From IMG/VR virus record IMGVR_UViG_3300009164_000002, positions 2,968 through 66,967 of that record: a stretch of DNA of 64,000 bases; one strand, given 5' to 3'. Under the pieces are notes generated by a model, which was not told where the DNA came from, searched no databases, and saw only the letters and a program-made list of their open reading frames with translations. The position numbers were made by a program, and so were the translations under genes. The stretch is from a virus. Of the stretch, positions 8,997 through 17,980 are shown one piece after another (position 1 is the stretch's first letter; every line of letters begins with the position of its first letter).

Positions 8997-10003
8997 TATG
9001 CTTTTTCAATATCAATGGCTTTTCCTTGGAAATAAGCCTTGTTATTTTTCACATCAATTACTACATCGCCAATTGGAACATCTCCGATAAGACCATTCTT
9101 TTTGGATACTCCTGTAGTTTTAATGATGTAGTATGTTGTTTTTGAATCTTTGTATGCGTCAATTAAGCTCATTGCTTGTTCTTTGCTGCGGATGTTTTTG
9201 ATCGTTTGATCGTCATCCATCTTCTTAACGATAGAGCAAAGACTTCTTACATTTTTAGTGCTAAGTTCGTATGCTTCTGCTTTAGAAAGGATTGTTTTCT
9301 TTGAAGCATCTGGGATTTTTGCGTAGTGAGCTTCTTGATGATGGCTGTAGCTAAGGTCGTATCGCTTATCTTGGAATGCTTTATATACGCCAACTTTTTG
9401 GGCGACTGTATTGTAAGCAGCACTTTCAATAGCACATACTTGAGAGATACTGAAATCTTCACCAAAATATTCCTCCAGCGAAGCTACAATAGACCCAAGC
9501 ATCCATGCACTTTTATCATCAACAGCGGGAGCTAACTCACGAAGTTTCAAAACATTTTCTACTACTTGGTAGGCATGAGTGATTTCAGGTGGTTTTTCTG
9601 GATTAACTACGCAGCAACCATCTTCACTGATAATGAACGAACCATCATTGGTATCTGCCATTGCCCTAATTAGGCTCACAGCGGCGTTTCCTACTACTTC
9701 CTGTAGCTCAGTCTTTTGAGCTGGCTCAGCTTGTTCTAGGGTTGTTTCTGGCTCATCATGAGCATCAATTACTTCTTCTGGTTCTTGTTCTTGCATAATT
9801 TCTTGTGTTGTTGAGATGTGTTTTGCCATTTTACGGATACGTTCACGGGCAACTCCCATGTATTGTGCGTATAGTGGTTCTCCTTTTGAGCGGATTTGAG
9901 AGACAGCTTCAGCTACCATATCGTAGGTAATCTGAAATTCTTCTGAAATCGTGTAATAATCTTCTTCGATGAGGGGAATCCCCTTGAAATATAGTGTAAT
10001 CAT
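8996..10003 (-). CDS. putative DNA-binding protein (LmbU/DUF1016-N-like helical domain)
   Basis: AWMLG...LSYSHHQEA...LSTKNVR pattern. Confidence 0.5.
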   Translation of the reverse strand: MITLYFKGIPLIEEDYYTISEEFQITYDMVAEAVSQIRSKGEPLYAQYMGVARERIRKMAKHISTTQEIMQEQEPEEVIDAHDEPETTLEQAEPAQKTELQEVVGNAAVSLIRAMADTNDGSFIISEDGCCVVNPEKPPEITHAYQVVENVLKLRELAPAVDDKSAWMLGSIVASLEEYFGEDFSISQVCAIESAAYNTVAQKVGVYKAFQDKRYDLSYSHHQEAHYAKIPDASKKTILSKAEAYELSTKNVRSLCSIVKKMDDDQTIKNIRSKEQAMSLIDAYKDSKTTYYIIKTTGVSKKNGLIGDVPIGDVVIDVKNNKAYFQGKAIDIEKA

Positions 10004-10021
10004 ATGATTTGTTTAGGTTGG

Positions 10022-10309
10022 CTAAATAGGTATTGGTTGTCCAGTGGCTTTATTGATTGATTCGTTAATTTTTTCAATAGCATTGTCAATCACTTCATTT
10101 CGATGAGTGTATCCAATCATGCACATTAAAGCTACATTTAGAGCATCGAGCATATCTGGAGCAGCGGCAATGAGGTGAGCGTTGGCATCACGATTCATTA
10201 AATGAACGTTATTTATAATTACTCTTTTCCCGTCTTCTCCAAAAAAATCAAGACTTCCATTATTGTTTTTTTGGAATGACCAAGGTGCGGGTGTATGTGA
10301 AGTGTTCAT
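10022..10309 (-). CDS. conserved phage protein (HTPxPW / NAxLIAAAP family)
   Basis: HTPAPW...ANAHLIAAAPDMLDAL; start placed at MNTSH. Confidence 0.7.
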   Translation of the reverse strand: MNTSHTPAPWSFQKNNNGSLDFFGEDGKRVIINNVHLMNRDANAHLIAAAPDMLDALNVALMCMIGYTHRNEVIDNAIEKINESINKATGQPIPI

Positions 10310-10596
10310 GATTTTGTGATAATTTGAATGCGCTTTCCCCAACCGCTAATGTTCACAAATTCGTAAGTGTCAGGAATTGATGGCAATGGCACGGCTACAG
10401 CCTCATACCACTGTTCATCTATTACTGTTCCACCATTAAAACGAATTGTTTGCCCATATTGCGGATAGCTTGAGGCATTACTTGCTATGATGCCTTTTGG
10501 TGGTTTGTCACCATAAACATTGGCTGGTGCGTATTTTGCTCGTTTTGCGCATTCTTTTTTATCCCAAGTTTCCTGTGGATGTGTGTAAGTTTTCAT
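10306..10596 (-). CDS. hypothetical protein
   Basis: ATGA overlaps with neighbours. Confidence 0.6.
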   Translation of the reverse strand: MKTYTHPQETWDKKECAKRAKYAPANVYGDKPPKGIIASNASSYPQYGQTIRFNGGTVIDEQWYEAVAVPLPSIPDTYEFVNISGWGKRIQIITKS

Positions 10597-10784
10597 GATT
10601 CCGTAGTATCACAGTATCCAAATGCTTCTGTGACATCAATAGTATGATCCAGTTCTTCAGTCATTAACTCAGATAGCCTTGTAGCCATTCCAGCTAGTAG
10701 TTCATCTGATTTAATATGATCAGGATCTTCTTCGTTTGACTCCACTGAGAAGCAAACATCAAAGGTGTGGGTGAATTTGCTCAT
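10593..10784 (-). CDS. small acidic hypothetical protein
   Basis: ATGA overlaps. Confidence 0.6.
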   Translation of the reverse strand: MSKFTHTFDVCFSVESNEEDPDHIKSDELLAGMATRLSELMTEELDHTIDVTEAFGYCDTTES

Positions 10785-11791
10785 GATGCCATTGCTGGAA
10801 TGCGATCTTCTGCAAGAATACGATCACCATGTTTGACGTGTTTATCCCAGTCTGCTTGCAAACGAGTTGCTGCAAGTGTCTTGATGCCTGCTGAAGCTCC
10901 CCATTCGGAAGCCATATATTGAGCATCATCATCTTTGCGATTTGAACTTTCGTGACTATGGAACTCTGTAAGGGCAGAGAGAGCATCTAAGCGGTTGCGT
11001 CCTTCGTTGCCTTTACCAGCTTCGAACAACTCAACTTGACGTGCAATCTTCTGTTTAAGTCCATTGGTAAGCTTATCTGTATTACGTGCTTCAATACCCA
11101 TTAACCAGCTACGTGCTTCATCGCGCGAGCATGGGGTGTCGAATGCTTGTTGAAGCTTGGCTTTGTAAGTGCTTGATGTTCCAGAGAAGTGATCAATAGC
11201 CTCAATAAGTCGAACTACGTTCATCTCAATCATTTGAGTGTGCTTAGCTTTACCGATCTGTGTGCCTGATTGCATGTTAGCTGCAAACGTATTAGCGCAA
11301 ACTACGCAGATATTTGAGTAACGTGCTTGTAATGAAGTGCTTTTGTCAAATGAGTCAAGCAATGTAATATAATCTTTGAACTCACGATCACCAATGCGGA
11401 AACCATCTGACACTTTGAGCGATGCAAATATTTTTTGGCGGTTATCTACTGTTCCTGCTGAGATAATATCATATGGAGTGTCTCCCATGCCTTTAGAGAT
11501 GATTTCCCAGAACATACGAATAGATGTCGGGCAGTAACTAGCTCCGTAAGGTTGACCTACTGGAAGCCAATCATCATTAGCTAGAAGCGTTTTGAATTCA
11601 GGATCTTGAACCATTACATCTTGCATCAAGCCATATTGATCTGGCTTTTGAATCTTGTAGTAAATTGGGCTTTCAACTACCTCGAAAGGCATTGAATTAC
11701 TGCGTTCTACTTTATCTACGATTGTAGTGAGTCCGTGCCATGCTTGGTCGATACCTGCTTGGATATCACGTTTTTCTATGTTATGTGCCAT
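10781..11791 (-). CDS. DUF932 family (phage/plasmid-like) protein
   Basis: MAHNI..AWHGL...SAGT...LLDSFD...VVCANT...KHT...ALTEFHSH. Confidence 0.85.
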   Translation of the reverse strand: MAHNIEKRDIQAGIDQAWHGLTTIVDKVERSNSMPFEVVESPIYYKIQKPDQYGLMQDVMVQDPEFKTLLANDDWLPVGQPYGASYCPTSIRMFWEIISKGMGDTPYDIISAGTVDNRQKIFASLKVSDGFRIGDREFKDYITLLDSFDKSTSLQARYSNICVVCANTFAANMQSGTQIGKAKHTQMIEMNVVRLIEAIDHFSGTSSTYKAKLQQAFDTPCSRDEARSWLMGIEARNTDKLTNGLKQKIARQVELFEAGKGNEGRNRLDALSALTEFHSHESSNRKDDDAQYMASEWGASAGIKTLAATRLQADWDKHVKHGDRILAEDRIPAMAS

Positions 11792-11822
11792 TTTGTTTGT
11801 TTTCTTTCGATTTGTTGTTGGT

Positions 11823-12260
11823 TTATAGTAATTTCAACTGAGAGGATTTAAGGTTTTTTCTTGTTTGTTTTTCGTGATTGGTGATTCGGTTATGGCAATC
11901 TTTGCAGATTGCTTGGAATCCATCTGCTTCACAAAAGAGACGGCGAATATAATCATCCCAGTTGGTAAAACCTTCTGGTCCGACTACTGCTTCAATATGG
12001 TCTGCTACCATTTGATTTTGAGGAAATAAGTTATCACATTGTGGGCATTGATGAAGCTTGCACTTCCTTCCTGTCTTAGGATTAAGCCCATCTTCTACAT
12101 AAGCATTACGAATGCATACATACTTCTGAGGCCATCTAGCCCCACGCAAAGCTGACTTGATAAAAGAATTAAAACGAGCTTCAGTCCATTCACCCCCATT
12201 ACGTGGACGTGGTATGTCTAATCTCTTTTTAGGGATCTTTTTTGCTTTGCGTTTTCTCAT
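11823..12260 (-). CDS. HNH endonuclease
   Basis: CPQC...VADHIEAV...FQAICKDCH. Confidence 0.85.
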   Translation of the reverse strand: MRKRKAKKIPKKRLDIPRPRNGGEWTEARFNSFIKSALRGARWPQKYVCIRNAYVEDGLNPKTGRKCKLHQCPQCDNLFPQNQMVADHIEAVVGPEGFTNWDDYIRRLFCEADGFQAICKDCHNRITNHEKQTRKNLKSSQLKLL

Positions 12261-12276
12261 TTATATTTTTTGAAAA

Positions 12277-12615
12277 GGTGGTTACTTCCTGTTTTTCTGA
12301 CGATGAATAACGTATCAGGAACTCTCTGGTCATTCCACTTCTTGTAGTGCACTACTCATTGGCGATCATTCATTTGGTGTATATAGAGCTGTTTCGATTG
12401 GCTCAATCAACAGTAACCATTATTAGAGCCAGTTACGGTGTCTGGCAACGTCATTTCGTTACGTTCGCTCAAGAAGCCTCGGCTAACCGACGCATCTTCT
12501 TTTTCACGCTGTCATTAGACATGTCATAATGAAGATGGCGGTCCGTTAACTCTGAGAAGATTTGGAATCTTTCAGTCATAGGATTATACAACAGCACGGA
12601 CCAACACTGCCATCT
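12277..12615 (-). ncRNA. candidate structured RNA cluster
   Basis: About 360-nt gap dense in stems; closing stems GGTCCGT/ACGGACC-G-CCA and GGTTAC/GTAACC-ACC. Confidence 0.5.
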
Positions 12616-12624
12616 ATGAAATCA

Positions 12625-13188
12625 TTAGTAAGGTTGATCGTCTTCTTCTACGCGTGTCTCTACACGAATACAAGGATATTTCTCACCATGGAACCATTGA
12701 GCAGCAAATTGAGGAGCATATACAGCTGCTTTTTCAGCAAACTCTTTACCAACTCCAGCTGCTTGCAATGCACCTAGATACTCCACAGTAAACTCAGCCA
12801 TGTGACGGGCTAGTTCTAGGTTATCTAGTGCTGGCTTAGCGCTGTAGGCTTGCTGTGTAGCTCCTGCTGGAGCTGATTGCCCTGCTGGTGCGTTTGCTCC
12901 GTCGATAGTGATACCCTTGTCAGCTTGAAGCTTAGGAGATCCATTATACTCACCTCTTTTAAGAGCTCCTTTAAAGGTAGTTACCATTCCATCTACAATA
13001 GGAAGATTGGCGGAATCTCCAAAGAGAGTGATGTCAATTTGTCCTGAAGCATCAGTAACGCGGATACTACGCATCATTGTGCCTTTAGAGGTGGCTTTTG
13101 GTGGATACTTAGCTGATACGGTTACAGGACCGAGTGATATGGTTTGTCCTCCTATTGGGAGGTTGATTGCTTGGAATACGTTTGTCAT
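12625..13188 (-). CDS. single-stranded DNA-binding protein (OB-fold)
   Basis: VTDASGQIDITLFG...FKG..EYNG OB-fold, Ala/Pro linker, acidic EDDQPY tail. Confidence 0.8.
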   Translation of the reverse strand: MTNVFQAINLPIGGQTISLGPVTVSAKYPPKATSKGTMMRSIRVTDASGQIDITLFGDSANLPIVDGMVTTFKGALKRGEYNGSPKLQADKGITIDGANAPAGQSAPAGATQQAYSAKPALDNLELARHMAEFTVEYLGALQAAGVGKEFAEKAAVYAPQFAAQWFHGEKYPCIRVETRVEEDDQPY

Positions 13189-13427
13189 TATTTTATTTCG
13201 TTATATGTGAGATAGTTGTGGATGAGTAGTGTTGGCTTTTTAGTTTCTGGGTGAGATACTAAACAACAAGAAGAGTGTTGAAGCATAAGTTCTCTGAAAT
13301 CAAAAGCAATATCTACATCATCTATTTCAATGTAGACATCATCATCTTTAAAGCTGAATGAATCACGTTCAATACCATGGCGTTCCATGAACTTGACTGC
13401 TTCTCTTGGGAAATTATTTATAGACAT
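13188..13427 (-). CDS. hypothetical protein
   Basis: TAATG coupling to the SSB gene. Confidence 0.6.
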   Translation of the reverse strand: MSINNFPREAVKFMERHGIERDSFSFKDDDVYIEIDDVDIAFDFRELMLQHSSCCLVSHPETKKPTLLIHNYLTYNEIK

Positions 13428-13441
13428 ATACTTATTAACTC

Positions 13442-13456
13442 AAGCGCGAAGCGCTT
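13442..13456 (+). promoter_or_regulatory. C-GAA-G DNA mini-hairpin, copy 1 of 5 (candidate hairpin promoter for minus-strand genes)
   Basis: AAGCGC-GAA-GCGCTT, intergenic. Confidence 0.55.
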
Positions 13457-14309
13457 ACATTTCACTTTTATTTGAATTAATTTCAAGTGTTTCTTGCTTG
13501 TATTGATAGCAATGATTCTTAAAGCCGCAGAAATTATCGCAAAATGTTCTCTCACCTTTACGGACTTGAATGATTTGTCCGGGTTTTATTTCTGCATTAG
13601 CTTCTTGTAGAGAGTTGCATACTTTAGATGCTCTTTTGCCATCTGGTTTTATTAGAGCAAAGGTGTCGTCCTTTTGCCATTTTTCGTCTTTAGTGCATAG
13701 CCGAGCGTTACCCTTGAGTGCTTCTAAATGCTCTGGAATTGCTTTGTTAAATGTATCTACTGCCATTTTTTCATCGTATGGATGAACAAATACTTTGAAT
13801 GGGCTTTGAGGATAGCTTGGATTCACAGTTGATTGCATGTAAGACCAATCCATTTGAATATAAACTACTGCTACATTATCTGATTCAATGCCGTTTAGTT
13901 TGGCTAAATAAGCATTCATATTCACTTGCTTGTAGTGATCTGGTTTCATGCATTCTTGAACGCCACGTGTGCTCTTGTAGTCAAACATAGTGCGATTCTC
14001 CCACAAATCCATCTGACCACTCACTTTTGCCCCACAAATCTCTGCAAACACACGCTTCTCTGCAATTTCTCCCGATTCAGCATCTACATTATTCTCTAAG
14101 ATGTGGTGAATAGCTGTCCCAAGAAGGGCAGAGAATGACCCGTAGGCGCTTTCTTCTTTTTCGTGGAGTGTAGCGAGCCAAGTGCGTAATGGCGGCGAAA
14201 GAAGCCCTGTTACGCTGAATTGTGAGTCACCTTTAGAGTAATTATTCCTCATCAATGCACGTTTAAATGGACTTGGGAAACTTACTATTTCTTGTTTTAA
14301 GTTATTCAT
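13455..14309 (-). CDS. PD-(D/E)XK exonuclease (Cas4/RecB-like)
   Basis: GTAIHHILE...E...SGQMD...DYKST...Q.N.NAYL; C-terminal C..FC.F...C. Confidence 0.85.
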   Translation of the reverse strand: MNNLKQEIVSFPSPFKRALMRNNYSKGDSQFSVTGLLSPPLRTWLATLHEKEESAYGSFSALLGTAIHHILENNVDAESGEIAEKRVFAEICGAKVSGQMDLWENRTMFDYKSTRGVQECMKPDHYKQVNMNAYLAKLNGIESDNVAVVYIQMDWSYMQSTVNPSYPQSPFKVFVHPYDEKMAVDTFNKAIPEHLEALKGNARLCTKDEKWQKDDTFALIKPDGKRASKVCNSLQEANAEIKPGQIIQVRKGERTFCDNFCGFKNHCYQYKQETLEINSNKSEM

Positions 14310-14321
14310 TTTATTAAATTA

Positions 14322-14804
14322 TTATTTTGAAGTCTCGCTAAGGTAATTCCTTAAAGCGTAAATGTATTCAGCAGTAGATTTTGTTTCTTTCCAAAGTGGA
14401 GTCTCCCAGCGATTGACTACTGCTTGTGACAACTCTTGTAGTTGATTATTTTGAAATTGTAGATCTGCAAGAGAATTTTCTAGATTTTTATTCTCTTCAA
14501 TCAAATCTTGATATTTTATGAGCAAAGATTTATACATCGTATCTTTATCCAGCAGGATACTGCTTGGTTGAACATATTCTCTATATAGTTTGTATTTTTT
14601 ACAAGGTGGGCAAATAGCAGGTCTGTTGCGTTTTTGTTTGGCATTGCTTCTTCTACCTTTTTTACCGCAAATTTCGCAAGTATATCTTCGTGATGGTGTT
14701 TTATTGTCTTGGTTATCGGTCATAGATAGGTCATTTGGTATAGTTTGTAGGTCGTTATTGCATACGCATCCATCCCAGCCACATTTCTTGCATTGCCCAC
14801 TCAT
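14322..14804 (-). CDS. Zn-ribbon / coiled-coil hypothetical protein
   Basis: CKKC..CVC, CEIC...CPPC. Confidence 0.6.
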   Translation of the reverse strand: MSGQCKKCGWDGCVCNNDLQTIPNDLSMTDNQDNKTPSRRYTCEICGKKGRRSNAKQKRNRPAICPPCKKYKLYREYVQPSSILLDKDTMYKSLLIKYQDLIEENKNLENSLADLQFQNNQLQELSQAVVNRWETPLWKETKSTAEYIYALRNYLSETSK

Positions 14805-15139
14805 AGTTCGTTCGGGGTTAGGGATTGGAGTGCTTTGCGTAATCCCTCATAAGCAAGCATGGTGTTGTGTCTGCCTTTAGCTGCAATTAGTATGGTTGCA
14901 GCATTAACAGCCTCAGCTAACTTGTCGCGCTGTTTGGTAATAGCGATTAATGCTTCATTTAACTCTAATCCTTCTGTTCTAGCTGCATCATGATCATTGA
15001 GCAATGTGTTTTCTAGCAAGGTAATCTTTATTTCGTGTTGTTTTGCTAAAGTCCATCCTTCGAAGCCCCACTCTAGGTCACTCAGTGATTCACACTGTAA
15101 TTGTTTTTCATCAGTTATCGGTGTTTCTGATTGGATCAT
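14801..15139 (-). CDS. hypothetical protein
   Basis: SETPITD N-terminus, ATGA overlap. Confidence 0.6.
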   Translation of the reverse strand: MIQSETPITDEKQLQCESLSDLEWGFEGWTLAKQHEIKITLLENTLLNDHDAARTEGLELNEALIAITKQRDKLAEAVNAATILIAAKGRHNTMLAYEGLRKALQSLTPNEL

Positions 15140-15157
15140 ATTATGAATTGTTTACTT

Positions 15158-15796
15158 TTAAGTCTCTTCAGTTACGTTGTATGCCCACGCGTCGGAGTCT
15201 TCTGTTGCCCATTTGTCGTAAGCTTCGCAATTCCATTCGTCAGTATTGACCTTGTAATCAGGTTTCTCTGGATATGGTTTGGTAACATGAGACGGTTCAA
15301 ACCAACGCAGTCTGTTGTTTGGCTGAAGGGCATATTCTCCGTTATCAAGTTCAATAAAATGTGCACTTTTATGCTCTGCTGGATCGACTGCAAGCGAAAG
15401 GTCAATGCCATGTGTCATGTCTGATCCCCATTGCATTGTCCATAAGTATCTCCCCCTTGCCCATTTGCCAGACTTCAACCTAACTTCAACAATCAAACCA
15501 GAAATGTATTGCAACTCAACCAAGTTGAAATTTGAGCTAAAACAATTCCAAAGTTGAAGATGGTGAAACGGATGTTCGTGTTCATGCTCAACGTGATGTA
15601 AGGCATGAATTGGCAGTTTGTCTCTCAACACTCCGTTCTCAAGCAACACTTGAAATAAAGCTCCATTGCCGGGTATTGACCGAACTGAAATCATAACTCC
15701 GAGTTCGTATTCTCCATGCCCTGCTTTGTGATCAAGCATGAACTCTCTTCGAACTAAAACTTTAATTGGTGGTGTTGATACTTCGTGCAATGCCAT
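15158..15796 (-). CDS. conserved aquatic-phage protein of unknown function
   Basis: HGEY...KLPIHAL...LQLWNCFS...EHKSAH..LDNG.YALQPNNR. Confidence 0.75.
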   Translation of the reverse strand: MALHEVSTPPIKVLVRREFMLDHKAGHGEYELGVMISVRSIPGNGALFQVLLENGVLRDKLPIHALHHVEHEHEHPFHHLQLWNCFSSNFNLVELQYISGLIVEVRLKSGKWARGRYLWTMQWGSDMTHGIDLSLAVDPAEHKSAHFIELDNGEYALQPNNRLRWFEPSHVTKPYPEKPDYKVNTDEWNCEAYDKWATEDSDAWAYNVTEET

Positions 15797-15800
15797 AATA

Positions 15801-16127
15801 TTATTGTTTTTGACGTTCTTCGCTTTTTACAATTATTTTGGCTAGTTGTCTTGATGTGGTAATCTTACTGACTTTGCCGTCATGTCCAGCTTCCATTTTC
15901 TTCGCACCGCAGTCGTTTTCAAATAAATACCAACTGATCCAGTCGTGTCTATCTACCATTTGGAGCATAGATTCAAATGCAGACCAAATGGCGTGGAACA
16001 AAGGTCCTGAACAATTTAACACTCCAGCACTATCAGCTGCGTCGCACCATTTACTTAGGTCTTTATAATTAAAAACAATCTTTTCAATTTTTTTTGTCCA
16101 TTGTTCAATGCGTTCTTCTTTATTCAT
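15801..16127 (-). CDS. hypothetical protein
   Basis: DWISWYLFENDCG motif. Confidence 0.65.
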   Translation of the reverse strand: MNKEERIEQWTKKIEKIVFNYKDLSKWCDAADSAGVLNCSGPLFHAIWSAFESMLQMVDRHDWISWYLFENDCGAKKMEAGHDGKVSKITTSRQLAKIIVKSEERQKQ

Positions 16128-16204
16128 AGTTGTTGTTTTTGCATAAGTTGTAAATAATCAAGGCGATAAAAATTAAAATTATTAAAATTATTTCATATCT
16201 CATA

Positions 16205-16429
16205 TTAATAGTCGTCTTCTATGAATTTAGGCTTATAACCTTTTACTACTTCATATTCTCCAGTTTCCAATATAAGTCCATACTCTCCTCCTACATAGAC
16301 TTGTCCACGCTCTTTCCATTCTGGAAGGTTCTTGGCTACTACAGCAGGGTAAACTTCTTCTGGAACTATTTTGATGGCCGTCCCAAGCATTGTAAATGTC
16401 TTAACTGGTCTTACGTAAATGATCTTCAT
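16205..16429 (-). CDS. hypothetical protein
   Basis: ORF track. Confidence 0.6.
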   Translation of the reverse strand: MKIIYVRPVKTFTMLGTAIKIVPEEVYPAVVAKNLPEWKERGQVYVGGEYGLILETGEYEVVKGYKPKFIEDDY

Positions 16430-16447
16430 GATTAATTGATAATATTC

Positions 16448-16696
16448 TTACTTGTCCCAGTCAATAATTGATCTTCCAGACATAAGACAAATCGTAAGGA
16501 AAGCATTACGAGCATAGCGGTTATCAGCCACAATCATACCTTAGATAAAAGAGCATTCAATAGTTCTTGCTCGTTTAGTTCCAATTTTAACATCATTGCT
16601 TTTGAGGATGTATTTAATCGCGTCGATAATTTCATCGTTTGTTTTAAGCACTTCAGGCGCTTTCAATGATTGTTCTTCTGTAATTAGTTTATTCAT
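16448..16696 (-). pseudogene. 82-codon ORF interrupted by an in-frame TAA at 16541-16543
   Basis: MNKLITEEQ...IECSFI*GMIVADNRYARNAFLTICLMSGRSIIDWDK*; frame continues past the stop. Confidence 0.5.
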
Positions 16697-16720
16697 ATTG
16701 TTTAGTTTGGCTAAAGTTTA

Positions 16721-17075
16721 CGCGTTACACAGTCGCGCCCCTGTTTCAATTGTCTATGCCTAGGCTTAGAGGTTGATCATGTTTCCACAGGGATTCTGTT
16801 TTACAGCCCGGCTCTTGATTTGTTATCCGATCTTTTTGTCTGTTACTGAAAATGGTAGGGAGGGGGTGTAGCTTTCCCGTGATGCGCACTACTGTAGTCA
16901 CCCCGCCTTTGACGGGCTCCCATTACTTGTCTTTCCAAGCAGTCATCTTAAGCACCCTTTTGCGGAAGAACCGCGCATTTACGTTTTCAGGTGATTACGG
17001 ACCATTCTTCTGTCTCGTTGTTGGTCATGCACGACTTACTCACGGCTTTAAGGAACTATGAGCAGGGACAATGCA
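16721..17075 (-). ncRNA. candidate structured RNA cluster
   Basis: About 390-nt gap with many hairpins, a CCA-ended domain (16853-16921) and an H-type pseudoknot (16721-16744). Confidence 0.5.
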
Positions 17076-17093
17076 GAAATCATATATACATCC

Positions 17094-17106
17094 AGCGCGT
17101 AGCGTT
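17094..17106 (+). promoter_or_regulatory. C-GTA-G DNA mini-hairpin, copy 2
   Basis: AGCGC-GTA-GCGTT (G.T wobble only on the + strand). Confidence 0.5.
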
Positions 17107-17558
17107 TATGCTTCAATTGTTTCAACATTACTAAATATTCGCAACGCAAGATCTTCAATTGTCTTTTTGACTTGGTTGTTATTTAGTAATGGATTTTGAG
17201 GTTTTAAAGAATCAATAATTTTCTTTTTAGCTCTATCTTCATAGAAATGTTCGCTTTTGTATTTTGCTATTTTTTTTGTTAATTGCTTACATTCTGTTGA
17301 AGATAAATATAATGTAATACTTGATGATTCTTGATAGGGATTTACACAAAGTTGAAATTCATCTGGATTAGCTTTTTTAAGTTCTCTTAATCCAGCATCA
17401 AGTAATTGTTTTTCGATTCCTTTGCGAAGTTTGTTTTTGTTTTCTTCTTCTTTTTTGTGCAATTCTTTTGCTTTAATAAGCAAGGCTTCAATCAATTGAC
17501 CTTTAGTTGGTTTTGGTATAATCTTATTAATCTTAGGAGATATTATTAGTTCGGACAT
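17106..17558 (-). CDS. hypothetical protein
   Basis: ORF track. Confidence 0.6.
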   Translation of the reverse strand: MSELIISPKINKIIPKPTKGQLIEALLIKAKELHKKEEENKNKLRKGIEKQLLDAGLRELKKANPDEFQLCVNPYQESSSITLYLSSTECKQLTKKIAKYKSEHFYEDRAKKKIIDSLKPQNPLLNNNQVKKTIEDLALRIFSNVETIEA

Positions 17559-17713
17559 TATTTAGGTTTTTTCTTTTGTTTGATCTTTGCTTCTTGTTTT
17601 AGCATTTCTTTGGTTGGCTTTTTACCTGAACCTGCGGCTGCTCTGATATTATCATATAATCCACGTTGTGATGTTGAACCGTCAGCACGTTTAATCATTT
17701 GTTTCTTTCTCAT
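17558..17713 (-). CDS. small basic protein (51 aa, MRKKQMIKRADGSTSQRGLYDNIRAAAGSGKKPT...)
   Basis: Read by hand; TAATG coupled; GLYDNIR motif seen in small basic phage proteins. Confidence 0.7.
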   Translation of the reverse strand: MRKKQMIKRADGSTSQRGLYDNIRAAAGSGKKPTKEMLKQEAKIKQKKKPK

Positions 17714-17725
17714 ATGTTTATTTAA

Positions 17726-17977
17726 TTAAAATGTTTTAACTCCTCTTTTATGCAGTTCTCTTTTAAGGTCGCGATAACGGTGAAATTCATAGCTATCTTT
17801 CACTTTCGTTACAGGAAGACTTCTTAAATCAGATACAATTGCCATAATTGTTTCTGTTTTCATAGTATGATTATATTGGCTATAGATACCATTTAGTGTT
17901 TCATAAGGTTTCAATTGTTTTTTTTTGATGGTAGTATAGCGATGCTCTCCTGTTTTTCTTTTTGTTTGAGCAATCAT
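17726..17977 (-). CDS. hypothetical protein
   Basis: ORF track. Confidence 0.5.
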   Translation of the reverse strand: MIAQTKRKTGEHRYTTIKKKQLKPYETLNGIYSQYNHTMKTETIMAIVSDLRSLPVTKVKDSYEFHRYRDLKRELHKRGVKTF

Positions 17978-17980
17978 GAT

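Noticed and set aside
12536-12606. Y RNA resemblance (UGGUCCG)
   Set aside because: The helix lacks the bulged C of the Ro60 site and no Ro60 gene is present.
16790-16820. RNase P RNA-like ACAGCCCGGCT
   Set aside because: No GAGGAAAGUCC partner or P4 pairing found.
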